DNA of 14,913 nt from a virus (taxonomy: Duplodnaviria; Heunggongvirae; Uroviricota; Caudoviricetes), in IMG/VR virus record IMGVR_UViG_3300021467_000082; one strand, 5' to 3'. Made by a program: the position numbers and the translations under genes. Position 1 is the stretch's first letter. Each line of letters starts with the position of its first letter. Shown here in pieces: positions 14,139-14,913 of the stretch. Under the pieces are notes generated by a model. It searched no databases, was not told the origin of the DNA, and saw only the letters and a list, made by a program, of their open reading frames with translations.

Positions 14139-14269
14139 TTATTTTTTCATTTAAATATTTAAGATATGACACAGTTTTTTCCACCATCTGGATAGACAAC
14201 CACTACTGTTAATCTATTGTCTTGGTTTCTATCATACGGACCATATATTCTACAATTTTCATACACCAT
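14139..14269 (-). pseudogene. Probable relic N-terminus of a phage HNH homing endonuclease
   Basis: MVYENCRIYGPYDRNQDNRLTVVVVYPDGG. Removing one A from the 6-A run (14175-14180) gives KTVSYLKYLNEKI, resembling the YGPY...DG..TxSYPKYL leader of phage HNH proteins; the frame then enters tRNA-Leu with no HNH core. Confidence 0.55.
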
Positions 14270-14270
14270 A

Positions 14271-14462
14271 TTAATATTTTCCAGTTAATACTGCTTTTTC
14301 TAGTTGGTTTAGTGCGTAATCCAATTCTGCCAATACTCTCATTATATGTGAACAATTCGTAAAAGTAGTTACTTCTAATGCATATTTAGCGCAGTCATCA
14401 ATATTATTTTTGATAGTTTTAATTTTCTTTAGGAAAGTGTTCTGGATAGAAATATCATTCAT
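14271..14462 (-). CDS. Hypothetical protein, 63 aa
   Basis: ORF track; GAGGAG SD. Confidence 0.72.
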   Translation of the reverse strand: MNDISIQNTFLKKIKTIKNNIDDCAKYALEVTTFTNCSHIMRVLAELDYALNQLEKAVLTGKY

Positions 14463-14507
14463 ATTTATCTCCTCTTTTTGGTTAAATTAGAATTAATTAC
14501 TTATGTT

Positions 14508-14578
14508 TAGGGCCACCGAGAATCGAACTCGGATCAACGGATTAAAAGTCCGCTGCTCTACCACTGAGCTATGGCCCT
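14508..14578 (-). tRNA. tRNA-Lys(UUU), A1:U72, CCA not encoded
   Basis: AGGGCCA/TGGCCCT-A; GCGGA-CTTTTAA-TCCGT; CCGAG-TTCGATT-CTCGG. Confidence 0.93.
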
Positions 14579-14911
14579 TTACTTTGCATATTTTCTGCTC
14601 CTAATATTGTACAAATGCAACATGCGTTTTTCACAGCAATATGTCTCAACTGCTTTTACGATGATACCTTCTATCTCTGTTATATTATAACCTCTACCAG
14701 CCCATTTATCAACAAGATCCTTGGCCATACTATGCGCTTCATTATCTAAATCGCCAGCTTCCTTTGTGTAAAGACCAATAGGCAACAGTAATTTTTTATC
14801 ACACAGTAATTTGTCTATTTCTTCTTTAACAGTCTTTATATCATTCGCAGTAGTTGTGAACACGTCGGTATCACATTTGAATGATCCATTAATGTATTTA
14901 TAAATTGGAAA
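14579..14911 (-). CDS. Hypothetical protein, 5' end beyond the window
   Basis: The frame of ORF 14579-14863 stays open to the window edge; the stop abuts tRNA-Lys +1. Confidence 0.7.
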   Translation of the reverse strand, partial: FPIYKYINGSFKCDTDVFTTTANDIKTVKEEIDKLLCDKKLLLPIGLYTKEAGDLDNEAHSMAKDLVDKWAGRGYNITEIEGIIVKAVETYCCEKRMLHLYNIRSRKYAK

Positions 14912-14913
14912 CT

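Overview
AT-rich window that looks like the tRNA-cluster region of a large bacteriophage (inferred from gene content, not confirmed). Almost everything from 1079 to the right edge lies on the minus strand as one tightly packed unit. It holds 13 tRNA genes: His-GUG, Asn-GUU, Tyr-GUA, Arg-UCU, Asp-GUC, Ser-GCU, Ser-UGA, Ile-GAU, Gln-UUG, Glu-UUC, Gly-CCC, Leu-UAA and Lys-UUU. These are interleaved with small ORFs and recognisable accessory enzymes: a radical SAM protein, a family-4 uracil-DNA glycosylase, an RlaP/PF10127-like nucleotidyltransferase, an FmdB zinc ribbon, an Smr-like protein, a sulfotransferase, a minimal PolX, an ATP-dependent RNA ligase and a pentapeptide-repeat protein. The only supported plus-strand gene (left edge) is a type I-C Cas7 whose N-terminus is replaced in frame by the first ~45 residues of a Cas3 HD domain, cut exactly before the HD motif; there is no CRISPR array in the window. 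Other highlights are three copies of an unannotated structured RNA (covarying terminal stem plus invariant UUCAGCAA) next to tRNAs, a tRNA-Gln nested in frame inside a CDS, a three-gene block duplicated around tRNA-Glu with reciprocal decay, a probable HNH relic, and several microproteins missed by the ORF track.
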